Below are positions 38,673 through 49,878 of a stretch of DNA of 64,000 nt, one piece after another. Both the position numbers and the translations under genes were made by a program. Positions within the stretch are counted from its first letter, which is position 1. The number at the start of each line of letters is the position of its first letter. The notes under the pieces were generated by a model. That model saw only the letters and a program-made list of their open reading frames with translations, was not told the origin of the DNA and ran no database searches. Source of the stretch: Myxococcales bacterium (GTDB taxonomy: Bacteria; Myxococcota_A; Polyangia; Polyangiales; DASUME01); NCBI GenBank assembly GCA_047601445.1, contig JASGJH010000001.1:3008001-3072000 (forward strand), read 5' to 3'.

Positions 38673-40157
38673 ATGAGAGTGATGAGATCGCTGCGGGCCC
38701 ATGCGCTGGCCGCGCTAGCGCCGGCGGTAAGCGGACTTTTCGCACTGACTGCACATGCCGAAGATGCCGCCCCAGATCTCGCCGCGCGCGTTGCCGACCT
38801 CGAGGCGTACATGAACAACACCAAGCCTGCCGCGCTGACGGTGGCAGGTCCTGGTCACAACGCCTGGTTGATGACCAGCGCGGCCCTCGTGCTGTTCATG
38901 ACGCTGCCGGGCTTGGCCCTCTTCTACGGCGGCCTCGTGCGTCGCAAGAACATCCTGTCCGTGGTTGCCCAGTGCGGTGCGATGCTCGGCTTGGTCCCGC
39001 TGCTGTGGTGGGCCTTCGGTTACAGCATGGCGTTCGCGCCCGGCAATCCCTTCGTGGGCGGCTTCGACTTGGCCATGCTCAAGGGCGTGGGCGGCGGCAC
39101 GGGGATGCTGTTCTGGATCTCGGACATCGTCTTCTGCATGTTCCAGATGATGTTCGCCATCATCACGCCGGCACTCATCGTCGGCGCCATCGCCGAGCGC
39201 ATGAAGTTCTCGTCGATCGTGGTGTTCTTGCTGCTGTGGATGGTGGCTGTGTACTTCCCCATGGCGCACATGGTGTGGGGTCCCGGCGGCTTCATGAACG
39301 GCATCGGCAACGCCGAGGCGGGCATCAAGGCCATCGACTTCGCGGGCGGCACCGTGGTGCACATGACCTCGGGTTGGTCGGCGCTCATCCTCTGCCTGAT
39401 GCTCGGGCCGCGCGCGGGCTTCGGCAAGCGCCCCATGGCTCCGCATAGCCTCTCCTTCACCGCCATCGGCACCGGCATGCTCTGGGTCGGCTGGTACGGC
39501 TTCAACGCGGGTAGCGCCGGCGCTGCCGATGCGATCGCCGCCAACGCCTTCGCCACCACCACGCTCGCCGCCGCTGTCGCGGGCGCCACCTGGCCCGCCA
39601 TCGAGTATCTCACCCATGGCAAGCCCACCGTGCTCGGCTTCTGCTCGGGCGTCGTCGCGGGCCTCGTCGTCATCACGCCCGCTGCGGGCTTCGTCACGCC
39701 CTCCGCCTCCGTGGCCATGGGCGCCATCGCGGGCGTGGTCTGCTTCCTCGCCTGCACCAAGCTCAAGGCCGCCCTCAAGTACGACGACGCGCTCGACACC
39801 TTCGGCGTCCACGGCGTCGGCGGCACCCTCGGCGCAGTGCTAACGGGCGTGTTCGCGACCCCCGAGGTCAACTCGGCCATCGAGCCCCTGATGAACGGTC
39901 TGCTCACCGAGCAGCTCAAGTCCATCGGCTTCACGCTGGTCATCTCCGTGGTGTCCACGGTGGTGCTTGGCTACATCGTCAAGGCCGTGTTCGGACTGCG
40001 TCCGGCCGCCGACGACGAGGAGACCGGTCTCGACTACACCGACCACGGCGAGAGCGGCTACCACGACGAGACCGGCGGTGGTCACCTCGAGCTGCCGGTC
40101 GCTGCCATGTCCGAGATGGCGCCTGCTGCGACCACCTCGCCGGCAACCAGCACCTGA
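38673..40157 (+). CDS. amtB: Ammonium transporter
   Basis: GLALFYGGLVR, DFAGGTVVH, GWYGFNAGS, DDALDTFGVHG. Confidence 0.96.
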   Translation: MRVMRSLRAHALAALAPAVSGLFALTAHAEDAAPDLAARVADLEAYMNNTKPAALTVAGPGHNAWLMTSAALVLFMTLPGLALFYGGLVRRKNILSVVAQCGAMLGLVPLLWWAFGYSMAFAPGNPFVGGFDLAMLKGVGGGTGMLFWISDIVFCMFQMMFAIITPALIVGAIAERMKFSSIVVFLLLWMVAVYFPMAHMVWGPGGFMNGIGNAEAGIKAIDFAGGTVVHMTSGWSALILCLMLGPRAGFGKRPMAPHSLSFTAIGTGMLWVGWYGFNAGSAGAADAIAANAFATTTLAAAVAGATWPAIEYLTHGKPTVLGFCSGVVAGLVVITPAAGFVTPSASVAMGAIAGVVCFLACTKLKAALKYDDALDTFGVHGVGGTLGAVLTGVFATPEVNSAIEPLMNGLLTEQLKSIGFTLVISVVSTVVLGYIVKAVFGLRPAADDEETGLDYTDHGESGYHDETGGGHLELPVAAMSEMAPAATTSPATST

Positions 40158-40196
40158 CATCCTCGAGGGCCGCGCTCCAGGGCTGGCTCGAGAACA

Positions 40197-40237
40197 CAAA
40201 ACGGCGCGCTGGCATCTCGCCCAGCGCGCCCTTTTTT
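40197..40237. terminator. Intrinsic terminator, probably bidirectional
   Basis: GGCGCGCTGG-8 nt-CCAGCGCGCC followed by CTTTTTT and preceded by AAAA. Confidence 0.85.
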
Positions 40238-40261
40238 ATGGGAGAACCCGAGGCGTCGCGC

Positions 40262-40456
40262 TCAAGGCAGCTTGATCTTGTCGAGACGCTTCTTGAGCAG
40301 TTCCTTGGTATCGCCGAACGTCTGCTGCACGAGCCCGTACAGCTTGTCGACCGAACCATCGGCCTTGATGTTCTCGTTGTTGGTGATCTCGCCCCAGATG
40401 ACCTTGGCCCGGCCCTTGAGCTGTCCCAGCACGCCCTTCACTTGATCCTGGTTCAT
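40262..40456 (-). CDS. CsbD family protein
   Basis: MNQDQVKG...LKG..K..WGEIT...G.VQQ.FG; SD AGGAG. Confidence 0.85.
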   Translation of the reverse strand: MNQDQVKGVLGQLKGRAKVIWGEITNNENIKADGSVDKLYGLVQQTFGDTKELLKKRLDKIKLP

Positions 40457-40639
40457 CGGTGTTCTCCTGGACTCGGCTGTCCGCTCCCGGACTCGCTGAC
40501 AACGTCATACAACGTCATCTCGACCAGAACAAGGACTTTGCCGGGAAATTCCGGCAGAATTCCGGCGTACCCCTGCCGCCTGCGCCCATGTCGAGCGCGG
40601 CCGGCCTCGCGCCCGCCCGTGCCGGAGCCAGGAGTCGTC

Positions 40640-41803
40640 GTGACCGAACGAGAAAGCAAGCCCTACGCCTATGGCGAGCGAGCCATCGAAGACATGTCGT
40701 CGCGCGCCTTTCACACTGGGCGCGGGCGCATCAGCGGCGTGTTGTCGCTCACCTTCGGCCTGCTGAGCCTCTTCGCCGTGCTGTGCTTTCGCTATCCGCG
40801 CTGGCTCACCACCGGCGAGCTGCGCGAGGTCTACGATGTCGACCTGCTGCGCAAGCTGCTCAGCGCGGCGATGACGATCTCGGTGGTGTCGGGGCTGGTG
40901 CCCTTCCTGCGCAATCAACATCGCCGCCTAGGCGCACTCGGTATCCTCGCCACCGCAGCCGCCTACGGACTCGGCGGTGCGAGCGTGCCCACCGGCTCGG
41001 TGAAGCCGAACCCCTACGCTGTGGGCCTCGACTGGTTCGTGCTCGATCTGTTGTTCTCGGCCGCGCTCTTCATCTTCATCGAGAAGGTGTTCCCGCGTTA
41101 CGTGGAACAGGCGATCCTGCGACCCGAGTGGCAGCTCGACCTGGTGTATTTCGCCGTGAATCACCTGGCCATCGGCCTCTTGCTGCTGGTGGGCAATCAC
41201 TTTGCGCCCTTGCTCTTCGATTGGGCGGTGAACGCGCAGCTGCAGAATTTCGTGCGAAGCATGCCGCTCGCGCTGCAGGTGCTCGCGCTCTTACTTTTCG
41301 CCGATCTCGTGCAGTACTGGGTGCACCGCGCCTACCACGAGGTGCCCTGGCTGTGGAAGATCCACGCCGTGCACCACTCGTCGGAGCACATGGATTGGCT
41401 GGCCGGTTCGCGCACTCATATCGTCGAGGTCTTACTCGATCGCTCGCTCGTCATGGTGCCGCTCTACCTTCTTGGGCCAGACAAGGCGGCGCTCGACATC
41501 TACGTGGTAATCGCGTCGCTACAGGCCGTCTTCGTCCACGCCAACGTAGGACTGCAACTCGGCGGGCTGAAGTACCTGCTCGTGACGCCTCAGTTCCATC
41601 ACTGGCACCACAGCAGCGACAAGCCTGCCATCGACACCAACTATGCAGTGCATCTGCCCTTGCTCGACGTGATCTTCGGGACTTATCACATGCCCGAAGC
41701 CCACTGGCCGATCCAGTACGGCACCCTCACCCGGCTACCTCGCACGCTGGGGGCCCAGCTCCGGTACCCCTTCGCAGGGGATCGTCCCGCCGCGGAGGAT
41801 TGA
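40640..41803 (+). CDS. Sterol desaturase/fatty acid hydroxylase family protein
   Basis: YWVHRAYH, HAVHHS, HAN, FHHWHHS, D.IFGT. Confidence 0.92.
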   Translation: MTERESKPYAYGERAIEDMSSRAFHTGRGRISGVLSLTFGLLSLFAVLCFRYPRWLTTGELREVYDVDLLRKLLSAAMTISVVSGLVPFLRNQHRRLGALGILATAAAYGLGGASVPTGSVKPNPYAVGLDWFVLDLLFSAALFIFIEKVFPRYVEQAILRPEWQLDLVYFAVNHLAIGLLLLVGNHFAPLLFDWAVNAQLQNFVRSMPLALQVLALLLFADLVQYWVHRAYHEVPWLWKIHAVHHSSEHMDWLAGSRTHIVEVLLDRSLVMVPLYLLGPDKAALDIYVVIASLQAVFVHANVGLQLGGLKYLLVTPQFHHWHHSSDKPAIDTNYAVHLPLLDVIFGTYHMPEAHWPIQYGTLTRLPRTLGAQLRYPFAGDRPAAED

Positions 41804-41922
41804 GGGGTGGCACACAGCTGTGAGCTGGCGCACCATTTGTTTCACTCCAGTAAACTTTCAGTGCAATTGCTCCCACAGAGGGACTAGCCAACGCCAGCCA
41901 ATGCAGGCTAACGCTAGTAGCC

Positions 41923-44487
41923 ATGCTGCTGAAGACTGGCTCATCGCACGTATGGACGACGACGCCGCTGTCGCGGCGGCTCCTTGCTCCGGCGAGTCTC
42001 GTGGCGCTGTTGGGACTCGCCGTAGCAGCCACCGCCTGGGCCTTCATGGCCGGCCCGCGCGTGGCCACCTTGTTGTGGGGCTTCACGCTCATCGCGCTGG
42101 CCGCGGTGTGCGTGGTCTGGCTGGCCCGCCGTGGCATGTCCACGGAACGCCGGCTGGCCGAGGAAGCCGCCCAAGAGCTCGAGATGATGCGCCGCACCGA
42201 CGCCGACCTGCGCGCGGCGATCGGTCGCCACCAGAGCATCCTGGAGAGCTTGAGCGGCGGCTTCGTCATCGTCGATCGCTTCGACCGCTACATCCACGTG
42301 AGCTCGGGGGCCGCGCGCGTGCTCGGCCGCTCGACCATGCGACTCGGCGATAGCCTCGCCAACAGCCTCGGCGAGATGGACACGCCCGGCTTCCACGATG
42401 CCTATAGGCGCGCCAAGGCCACGCGCACGCTCGAGGAGCTCGAGCTGCCCTGCGCTGGCAGTCAACGCTGGCTGGCCACGCGCATTCAGCCCTCCATCGA
42501 CACCACCACCATCTTCTTTCGCGACGTCACCGAGCAACGCCGCACGCTGCAGCGCGTGCAGGAGGCCGAAGAAGCGTTCCGCCTGTTCGCAGAGAACGTG
42601 CAGGACGTGTTCTGGGTCGTCGACATCCCCGAGCGTCGCCCCATCTACACGAGCCCGTCCTGGGAGCGCCTCACGGGCCTCTCCGTGGCCGAGCTGCACG
42701 AACGTCCGCGCAGCGCGCTCGAGCTCGTCCACAGGGACGACCGGCAGCGCGTCTGCGAGCACCTGCTGCGCTGCAGCACGGACGCCGAGAGTCAGCGTTG
42801 CGAGGTGGAGTTTCGCATCGTCCGACGCGACGGCGAGCAACGCTGGATCCACCAGAGCTCCGTGGCCCAGCACGATGCCAAGGGCCGCGTGATCCGCATC
42901 GCGGGCTTCGCCAGCGACGTCACGGCGCGCAAGCGCATGGAGGCCAGTCTGCGCGAGAGCGAAGCCCGCTTCCGCAGCCTCTCCGAGTCCTCACCGGTGG
43001 GCATCTTCCGCATCGACCTGCAACACCGCCTAATCGACGTGAACGCGCGTCTGCTCGAGATCTGCACGCGGTCGGAAGGGCCGTTGGCGGGCCGCTCGCT
43101 GCTCGCCCTGGTGCACGAGGAAGACCGCGAGCACGTGCTCGACCAGCTGCACAAGTTGGATAACGAGGGCAGCTGGGAGTGCCGTGTGGGACACGCCAGG
43201 CAGGCGGTGCGCACGGTGCTGATGCGGGTCGCGCGCGAGCGCAGCGCGGCCGGCGAACACGTGGGGTACATCGGGACCTTGTCCGATCTCACCGAGTATC
43301 GCGAGGTCCAGACCCGGCTCATGATGAGCGAGCGCATGGCGTCGCTGGGCACGCTGGCTGCCGGGGTGGGCCACGAGATCAACAACCCGCTGACCTACCT
43401 GATGTGCAACCTCGAGCTCGCCCGCCGCAACGTGGACAAGGTGTTCGCCAATATGGCGCCGGGGGACGAGCGGGTGGCCCGTACCTCGGACTTTCTGCGC
43501 ATCGCCTTCGAGGGCAGCTGCCGCATCCGCGACATCGTGCGCGAGCTGCGTGTCTTCGCGCGCGCGGAGAGCGAGCAGATCGGCGCCGTGGACGCGCTCA
43601 CCTGCGTGGAGGCGGCCCTCAACATCGCACAGAACCAGGTGCGCCACCGCGCGCGCATCGTGAAGAAGCTCAGCGCCGTGCCGAGAGTGCGCGCCGACGA
43701 AACCCGCCTCGGCCAGGTGTTCTTGAACCTGATCGTGAACGCGGCGCAGGCCATCCCGGAGGGCCACGCCGACGACAACGTGCTCACCATCGCCTCCTAC
43801 GTGGAGGCCGAGTCCGCGCGCGTGGTGGTGGAGATCTCCGACACGGGTTCGGGCATTGCCCCCGAGCTGCTCGGGCGCATCTTCGATCCGTTCTTCACCA
43901 CCAAGTCCGTGGGAGAAGGCACCGGTCTGGGCTTGTTTTTGGCGCAACAGGCAGTGCGCAGCTACGGCGGGTCCATCCAGGTGACGAGCGAGCTCGGTAA
44001 GGGCAGCACGTTCCGCGTCGTGCTGAGTGCCATGGAGCCCGTGCCCGCCAGCGCGCACAGCGTCGCCAGCACGAGCGCGGTCAAGGCTCGGCCGGCGCGC
44101 ATCCTCGTGATCGACGATGAACACGAGGTGGGTCAAGCGGTGGCCGCGATGCTCGAGACGGAACACGAGGTCTGCACGGCCGAGCACGGCGGGGACGCGC
44201 TGGCGCTGCTCAAGAACGCCCGCTTCGACCTGGTGCTGTGCGACTTGATGATGCCGACCATGAGCGCCAACGAGTTCTTCAACGAGCTCAAGCGCGTGTC
44301 CCCGGAGCACGTGCGCAAGGTCTGCTTCATGACGGGCGGCGTGTTCACGGACGCCACCCGTGCCTTCCTCGACGACGCCGGACGCCCGTTGATCAACAAG
44401 CCCTTCAGCCTGGCGGGACTCCGCGCGATGGTGGCTCAAACCATCGCCGAAGAGCTCGAGCGCAAAGCCACGCACCAGCTGGCGTGA
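41923..44487 (+). CDS. Hybrid sensor histidine kinase (2 TM, 3 PAS, HisKA/HATPase, receiver)
   Basis: GVGHEINNPL, NAAQA, DTGSG, PFFTTK, GTGLGL, ILVIDD/DLMMP. Confidence 0.94.
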   Translation: MLLKTGSSHVWTTTPLSRRLLAPASLVALLGLAVAATAWAFMAGPRVATLLWGFTLIALAAVCVVWLARRGMSTERRLAEEAAQELEMMRRTDADLRAAIGRHQSILESLSGGFVIVDRFDRYIHVSSGAARVLGRSTMRLGDSLANSLGEMDTPGFHDAYRRAKATRTLEELELPCAGSQRWLATRIQPSIDTTTIFFRDVTEQRRTLQRVQEAEEAFRLFAENVQDVFWVVDIPERRPIYTSPSWERLTGLSVAELHERPRSALELVHRDDRQRVCEHLLRCSTDAESQRCEVEFRIVRRDGEQRWIHQSSVAQHDAKGRVIRIAGFASDVTARKRMEASLRESEARFRSLSESSPVGIFRIDLQHRLIDVNARLLEICTRSEGPLAGRSLLALVHEEDREHVLDQLHKLDNEGSWECRVGHARQAVRTVLMRVARERSAAGEHVGYIGTLSDLTEYREVQTRLMMSERMASLGTLAAGVGHEINNPLTYLMCNLELARRNVDKVFANMAPGDERVARTSDFLRIAFEGSCRIRDIVRELRVFARAESEQIGAVDALTCVEAALNIAQNQVRHRARIVKKLSAVPRVRADETRLGQVFLNLIVNAAQAIPEGHADDNVLTIASYVEAESARVVVEISDTGSGIAPELLGRIFDPFFTTKSVGEGTGLGLFLAQQAVRSYGGSIQVTSELGKGSTFRVVLSAMEPVPASAHSVASTSAVKARPARILVIDDEHEVGQAVAAMLETEHEVCTAEHGGDALALLKNARFDLVLCDLMMPTMSANEFFNELKRVSPEHVRKVCFMTGGVFTDATRAFLDDAGRPLINKPFSLAGLRAMVAQTIAEELERKATHQLA

Positions 44488-44495
44488 CCCAAGAG

Positions 44496-44530
44496 AAAGC
44501 CGGCCTCGGTTTGACCCGAGACCGGCTTCT
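44496..44530 (+). terminator. Hairpin after kinase gene (possible terminator)
   Basis: AAGCCGGCCTCGG...CCGAGACCGGCTT; weak U-tract. Confidence 0.45.
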
Positions 44531-44695
44531 GTGGAGCGCCCACCACCATTGGTAGGCTCAAATAGCCTATGTAAAACCTGTTTCGTGCCCGTGTCCTCGG
44601 AGCGTCGCTCACGAAAAACCCGCCTGAGCCGACGATTGTGGCGCGCTTGAGGCGCAGCCCGACGGCCCAGCCAGCTCCCCTCGACCAGGTGCGCG

Positions 44696-45586
44696 TTACT
44701 CGCCCACCGCGAGCAGGGGCAGCTCCGCCTTGGGCTGCACGCGACGCTGCTGGGCGCTGTCGTAGAGGCGCATGCGACTGTCGACCGCCACCACGTCACC
44801 GGGCGCCATCGGTTGCCAGACGTTCTCGCCGCTCAAGGGTTGGCTCGAGAAGATCAGGTGATTTACCTGCCCATCCACCGTCGGCGCCTCGCAGGATGCC
44901 GACAAACTGGGGCACACCCCACGATCGCTGCAGCGTGTCTTGTAGGTGGAGAAGTGCAGCTCCTTGCCGCCCTGGACACCCACCATGGTGCCGCCGTCGG
45001 TGAGGATGCAGGTGAGCAGGCTCTTGGTGGCCTGGCCCACGTCTTCCTGCGGGCGATCGCAGATGGAGCGCACCAGGTCGAGCGCCGTGGTGAGCGACGA
45101 CACCACATCCGAGAGCTCGTAGCGCGAGGACAGCGCCCCGTAGCGGAGCAGTTGGGTGAGCACCAAGAAGAAGATCACCTCGCTGTCGGTCTCGCCCAGG
45201 ATGTAGCGCCGCAGTCGCGGTGAGACCTCCTGCACCAGAGCCTCGCGATACTCGGCGAAATTCGGCACGTCCCCGTTGTGTGCGAAGACCCAGCGCCCAT
45301 GCTGGAAGGGATGGCAGTTCAGCACGCTCAGCGTGCCCTGGGTGGCCTTCCGCACGTGGGCCAGCACGGTCTCGCTGGCCACGACACCGCTGACGCGCTG
45401 GAACACGCGATCGCTCAGGGCGGACATGGCGCTGCGCGTGAGGTGCGGCGTGCCCTCGACGTAGTAGGCCACGCCCCAGCCGTCGGGGTGCTGCTCGGAG
45501 AGCGTGCACAGGGCGTTATCGGCCTGCACCAGCGAACGGTGCACTTGGCTCTGAAGCACGCTGCGGAATCCGAACAGACGACACAT
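44696..45586 (-). CDS. Class II glutamine amidotransferase (YafJ/EgtC-like)
   Basis: N-terminal MCRLFG, HPDGWG, AHVRKAT, NCHPF, HNG, TDSE. Confidence 0.92.
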   Translation of the reverse strand: MCRLFGFRSVLQSQVHRSLVQADNALCTLSEQHPDGWGVAYYVEGTPHLTRSAMSALSDRVFQRVSGVVASETVLAHVRKATQGTLSVLNCHPFQHGRWVFAHNGDVPNFAEYREALVQEVSPRLRRYILGETDSEVIFFLVLTQLLRYGALSSRYELSDVVSSLTTALDLVRSICDRPQEDVGQATKSLLTCILTDGGTMVGVQGGKELHFSTYKTRCSDRGVCPSLSASCEAPTVDGQVNHLIFSSQPLSGENVWQPMAPGDVVAVDSRMRLYDSAQQRRVQPKAELPLLAVGE

Positions 45587-45707
45587 AGGGTTGACGATCC
45601 GGGTTTACGCCGGGCCCTCTGCTTCTCCATACGCTCAGAGAAGCCCGGCGTCTTCCGCAGGTTACACCTTTTCCTGCGCTGGGCGTGAGATCCACGCCCG
45701 GATTTTG

Positions 45708-47021
<1,314 letters not shown>

Positions 47022-47089
47022 TGTGTCTCTCCGTGTTTTGCTGGCGCGCTATCGCGCGTGTTCGCCGCTCGGCGGCCTGTGTCTGCCGC

Positions 47090-48112
47090 TCAGCGGCGCC
47101 TACCCGAACCGATGACGAGGTTTTTGGGTTCTCTTTTTTCTCGGCGTGCCACCAAGCACTGCCAGGAAACCACACTGTCGGGGCCGCTTCCGCAGCGCTC
47201 CCTCGGGATGCGACGCACGCTGACGTCGGTGAGCCCGGCTCGCTGCGCGAGCCCTTCGAGCTCGTTCGAGTCGAAGCCGAGCCACAGGTCCGCCTGCTCG
47301 TCGCGCAAGCTCTCGTCCTCGTGCGCCTCGTAGTCCAGCACGATCAGCGCGCCGCCCGGCCTGAGTAGATCCGTCAACGCAGCGAGCGCCAGCGAGGGCT
47401 TGGGCGCGTGGTGCAGCACGCGCGAGGCGAACACCACGTCTGCCCCGCCGAGCGCAGACACCGCCTGCGCTAGCTCGCGACCGTCGTAGGCGTCGCACAC
47501 GAACTGCACATTGTCGTAGCCGCGCAGACGCGCGCGTTGACGCGCGACCTCGAGCTGAATCGGCTCGCGATCTACCGCGATCACGCGCTCGAAGAGCGGC
47601 CCGAGGACCTCGAGCAAAAAGCCCCCACCGGTGCCCGCGTCCACCGCCAGGCGGCGCTCGGCGATCAGCGGCGCGAGCGCGGTCAGATAGGCGGGCAGTT
47701 CCTTGGGAAACAGCGAAGGGTCCATCTCGTCGGCGCCGCGCGCCGAGCCGAAGAACTCACGAGCCGATGCATCCCGCTGCGACACGACCTCGAGTACGCG
47801 CGCCAGACTGCCGTCTTCCTCGCACAGCGCGACCCCGGCAGCGAGCCCGTCGGCCACCACGGGATTGCTCTCGGCGCCCTCGGCCAGGCGCACGAGCACT
47901 CGCGTGCCGTGACGACGCACGCTGACGATGCCCGCCTTCTTGAGCGGAGCGACGTGGCGCGAGACGTTGGGTTGCCCCTCACGGAGGAGCTCGGCGAGCT
48001 CTCCGATGGCGAGCTCCTCTTCGGCTGCCAACGCCAGCAGGCGCAGGCGAACCGGCTCCGCCAAGAGGCGGTAGAGCTCCCAGCGCGCTGGGGGCGTGGG
48101 CACGGCGTCCAT
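47090..48112 (-). CDS. ArsR-HTH plus SAM-methyltransferase fusion regulator (SahR-like)
   Basis: QPNVSRH HTH; DAGTGGG, VLHHAP, DLWLGF; directly upstream of ahcY. Confidence 0.88.
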   Translation of the reverse strand: MDAVPTPPARWELYRLLAEPVRLRLLALAAEEELAIGELAELLREGQPNVSRHVAPLKKAGIVSVRRHGTRVLVRLAEGAESNPVVADGLAAGVALCEEDGSLARVLEVVSQRDASAREFFGSARGADEMDPSLFPKELPAYLTALAPLIAERRLAVDAGTGGGFLLEVLGPLFERVIAVDREPIQLEVARQRARLRGYDNVQFVCDAYDGRELAQAVSALGGADVVFASRVLHHAPKPSLALAALTDLLRPGGALIVLDYEAHEDESLRDEQADLWLGFDSNELEGLAQRAGLTDVSVRRIPRERCGSGPDSVVSWQCLVARREKREPKNLVIGSGRRR

Positions 48113-48130
48113 GGAGGCTATTTATGCCGA

Positions 48131-48150
48131 TATTCGCATGAATGCAAATA
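48131..48150. promoter_or_regulatory. 20-bp palindrome, candidate SahR-like operator
   Basis: TATTCGCAT-GA-ATGCAAATA (1 mismatch), 18 nt upstream of the regulator start. Confidence 0.6.
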
Positions 48151-48193
48151 CGACGCTCACACGGTCGCGGAACGCATTCGTAACGCCAAGTAA

Positions 48194-49723
48194 TCAGTAG
48201 CTTTTTGCCCACACAACTCGCTGCTTACTGGGCTTGCCCGTGAAGGGGCATACGCCTGGCTCACTCGCTTCGAGGGGGATGCAGCGCACGGTCACAGCCA
48301 GCTCCTCCTTGATCTTGGCCTCGAGCTCGGTGTCGCCGCAGAAATGCGTGAGCGCGAAGCCGCCGTGGATGGGCGGCGGTGCGTTCTCGTCGTGACGCTC
48401 GGGTGTGAAGAACTTGTAGAACTCCTCCTTGGTGTCGATGCGATGGGTGTGCTTCTCGCGGTTGGCCTTGGCGCGCTCGAACAAACCATCCTGGATCTCG
48501 CCGAGGATCTTGGTGACGCTGGCGACGAACTCGGGACGCGCGATACCGCCCTTCTCTTTGGGGGACTTGTCGCGGCGCGCCATGAACACCGAGTCGCTCT
48601 GCATGTCGCGGGGACCAATCTCGAGACGGATCGGCACGCCCTTCTTGATCCACTGCCAAACCTTGTCGCCACCGCGCAGATCGCGGTCGTCGATTTCCAC
48701 GCGCACGGGGCGCCCGCCGTAGCTCTGTTGCTTGAGCTCCTGAGCCAGCGCCTTGCAGTAATCGAGCACCTTCTGGCGCTCTTCCGCCTTGTGCGTCACG
48801 GGCAGGATCACCACGTGCGTCGGCGCGAGCTTGGGCGGGCAAATCAGGCCGTCGTCGTCCGAGTGGGTCATGATGAGGCCACCGACGAGGCGCGTGGAGA
48901 CGCCCCAGCTGGTGGTCCAGGCATGGGAGAGTACTCCCTTGTCATCGAGGAACTTGATGTCGCTGGCCTTGGCGAAGTTTTGCCCGAGGAAGTGGCTGGT
49001 GCCGGCCTGCAACGCCTTGCGGTCCTGCATCATGGCCTCGATGCAGTAGGTGGACACGGCGCCGGGGAAGCGCTCGCTGGCCGTCTTCTCGCCCTGGATC
49101 ACCGGCATGGCCATCCACTGTTCTGCGAACTCGGCATAGACCTTGAGCATCTGCATGGTCTCGTCGGTGGCTTCCTGGGCCGTGGCGTGGGCGGTGTGTC
49201 CCTCCTGCCAGAGGAACTCGGTCGTGCGCAGGAAGAGACGCGTGCGCAGCTCCCAGCGCACCACGTTGGCCCACTGGTTCACCAGCAGCGGCAGGTCGCG
49301 ATAGCTCTGGACCCACTTGGCGAACATGGCACCGATGATGGTCTCCGAGGTGGGGCGCACCACGAGGGGCTCCTCGAGCTCGCCGGCGGGCACCAGCTTC
49401 CCATCCTTGCCTGCCTCGAGCCGGTGGTGGGTAACCACGGCGCACTCCTTGGCGAAGCCCTCCACGTGCTCGGCTTCCTTCTCGAGGAAAGAGAGCGGGA
49501 TGAACAGCGGGAAATAGGCGTTCTTGTGGCCGGTATCCTTGAACATGTCGTCAAGCTGACGCTGCATGTTCTCCCAGATCGCGTAGCCCCAGGGCTTGAT
49601 CACCATGCAGCCGCGCACGGGCGAGGTTTCGGCCAAGTCAGCGGCGCGTACCACCTGCTGGTACCACTCGGCGTAGTTCTCTTCTCGGGTGGGGGAAATC
49701 GCGGTCTTCACGGCTTGGTTCAT
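48194..49723 (-). CDS. proS: Prolyl-tRNA synthetase (archaeal/eukaryote-like type)
   Basis: VRPTSET, QWANVVRWE, FLRTTEFLWQEGHT, QAGTSH, C-terminal KSY. Confidence 0.97.
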   Translation of the reverse strand: MNQAVKTAISPTREENYAEWYQQVVRAADLAETSPVRGCMVIKPWGYAIWENMQRQLDDMFKDTGHKNAYFPLFIPLSFLEKEAEHVEGFAKECAVVTHHRLEAGKDGKLVPAGELEEPLVVRPTSETIIGAMFAKWVQSYRDLPLLVNQWANVVRWELRTRLFLRTTEFLWQEGHTAHATAQEATDETMQMLKVYAEFAEQWMAMPVIQGEKTASERFPGAVSTYCIEAMMQDRKALQAGTSHFLGQNFAKASDIKFLDDKGVLSHAWTTSWGVSTRLVGGLIMTHSDDDGLICPPKLAPTHVVILPVTHKAEERQKVLDYCKALAQELKQQSYGGRPVRVEIDDRDLRGGDKVWQWIKKGVPIRLEIGPRDMQSDSVFMARRDKSPKEKGGIARPEFVASVTKILGEIQDGLFERAKANREKHTHRIDTKEEFYKFFTPERHDENAPPPIHGGFALTHFCGDTELEAKIKEELAVTVRCIPLEASEPGVCPFTGKPSKQRVVWAKSY

Positions 49724-49878
49724 AGGTAGCCCCGTTCGTAGTGCTCGGACCGGCTGGTTTCAAGGAGCACGTCGAGGAGCGCCGCCGTAGGAGCACGCGT
49801 CCGCCGCGCTCCGTCGTGCGCTCCTGATCCCGCCCGGGCTTGCCGCTGCGCCCTGACCGCGAGCGCGCTTGGCCGACC

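Noticed and set aside
47022..47089. SAH/SAM riboswitch before ahcY
   Set aside because: The gap is short with no recognisable aptamer, and a protein regulator is encoded directly upstream.
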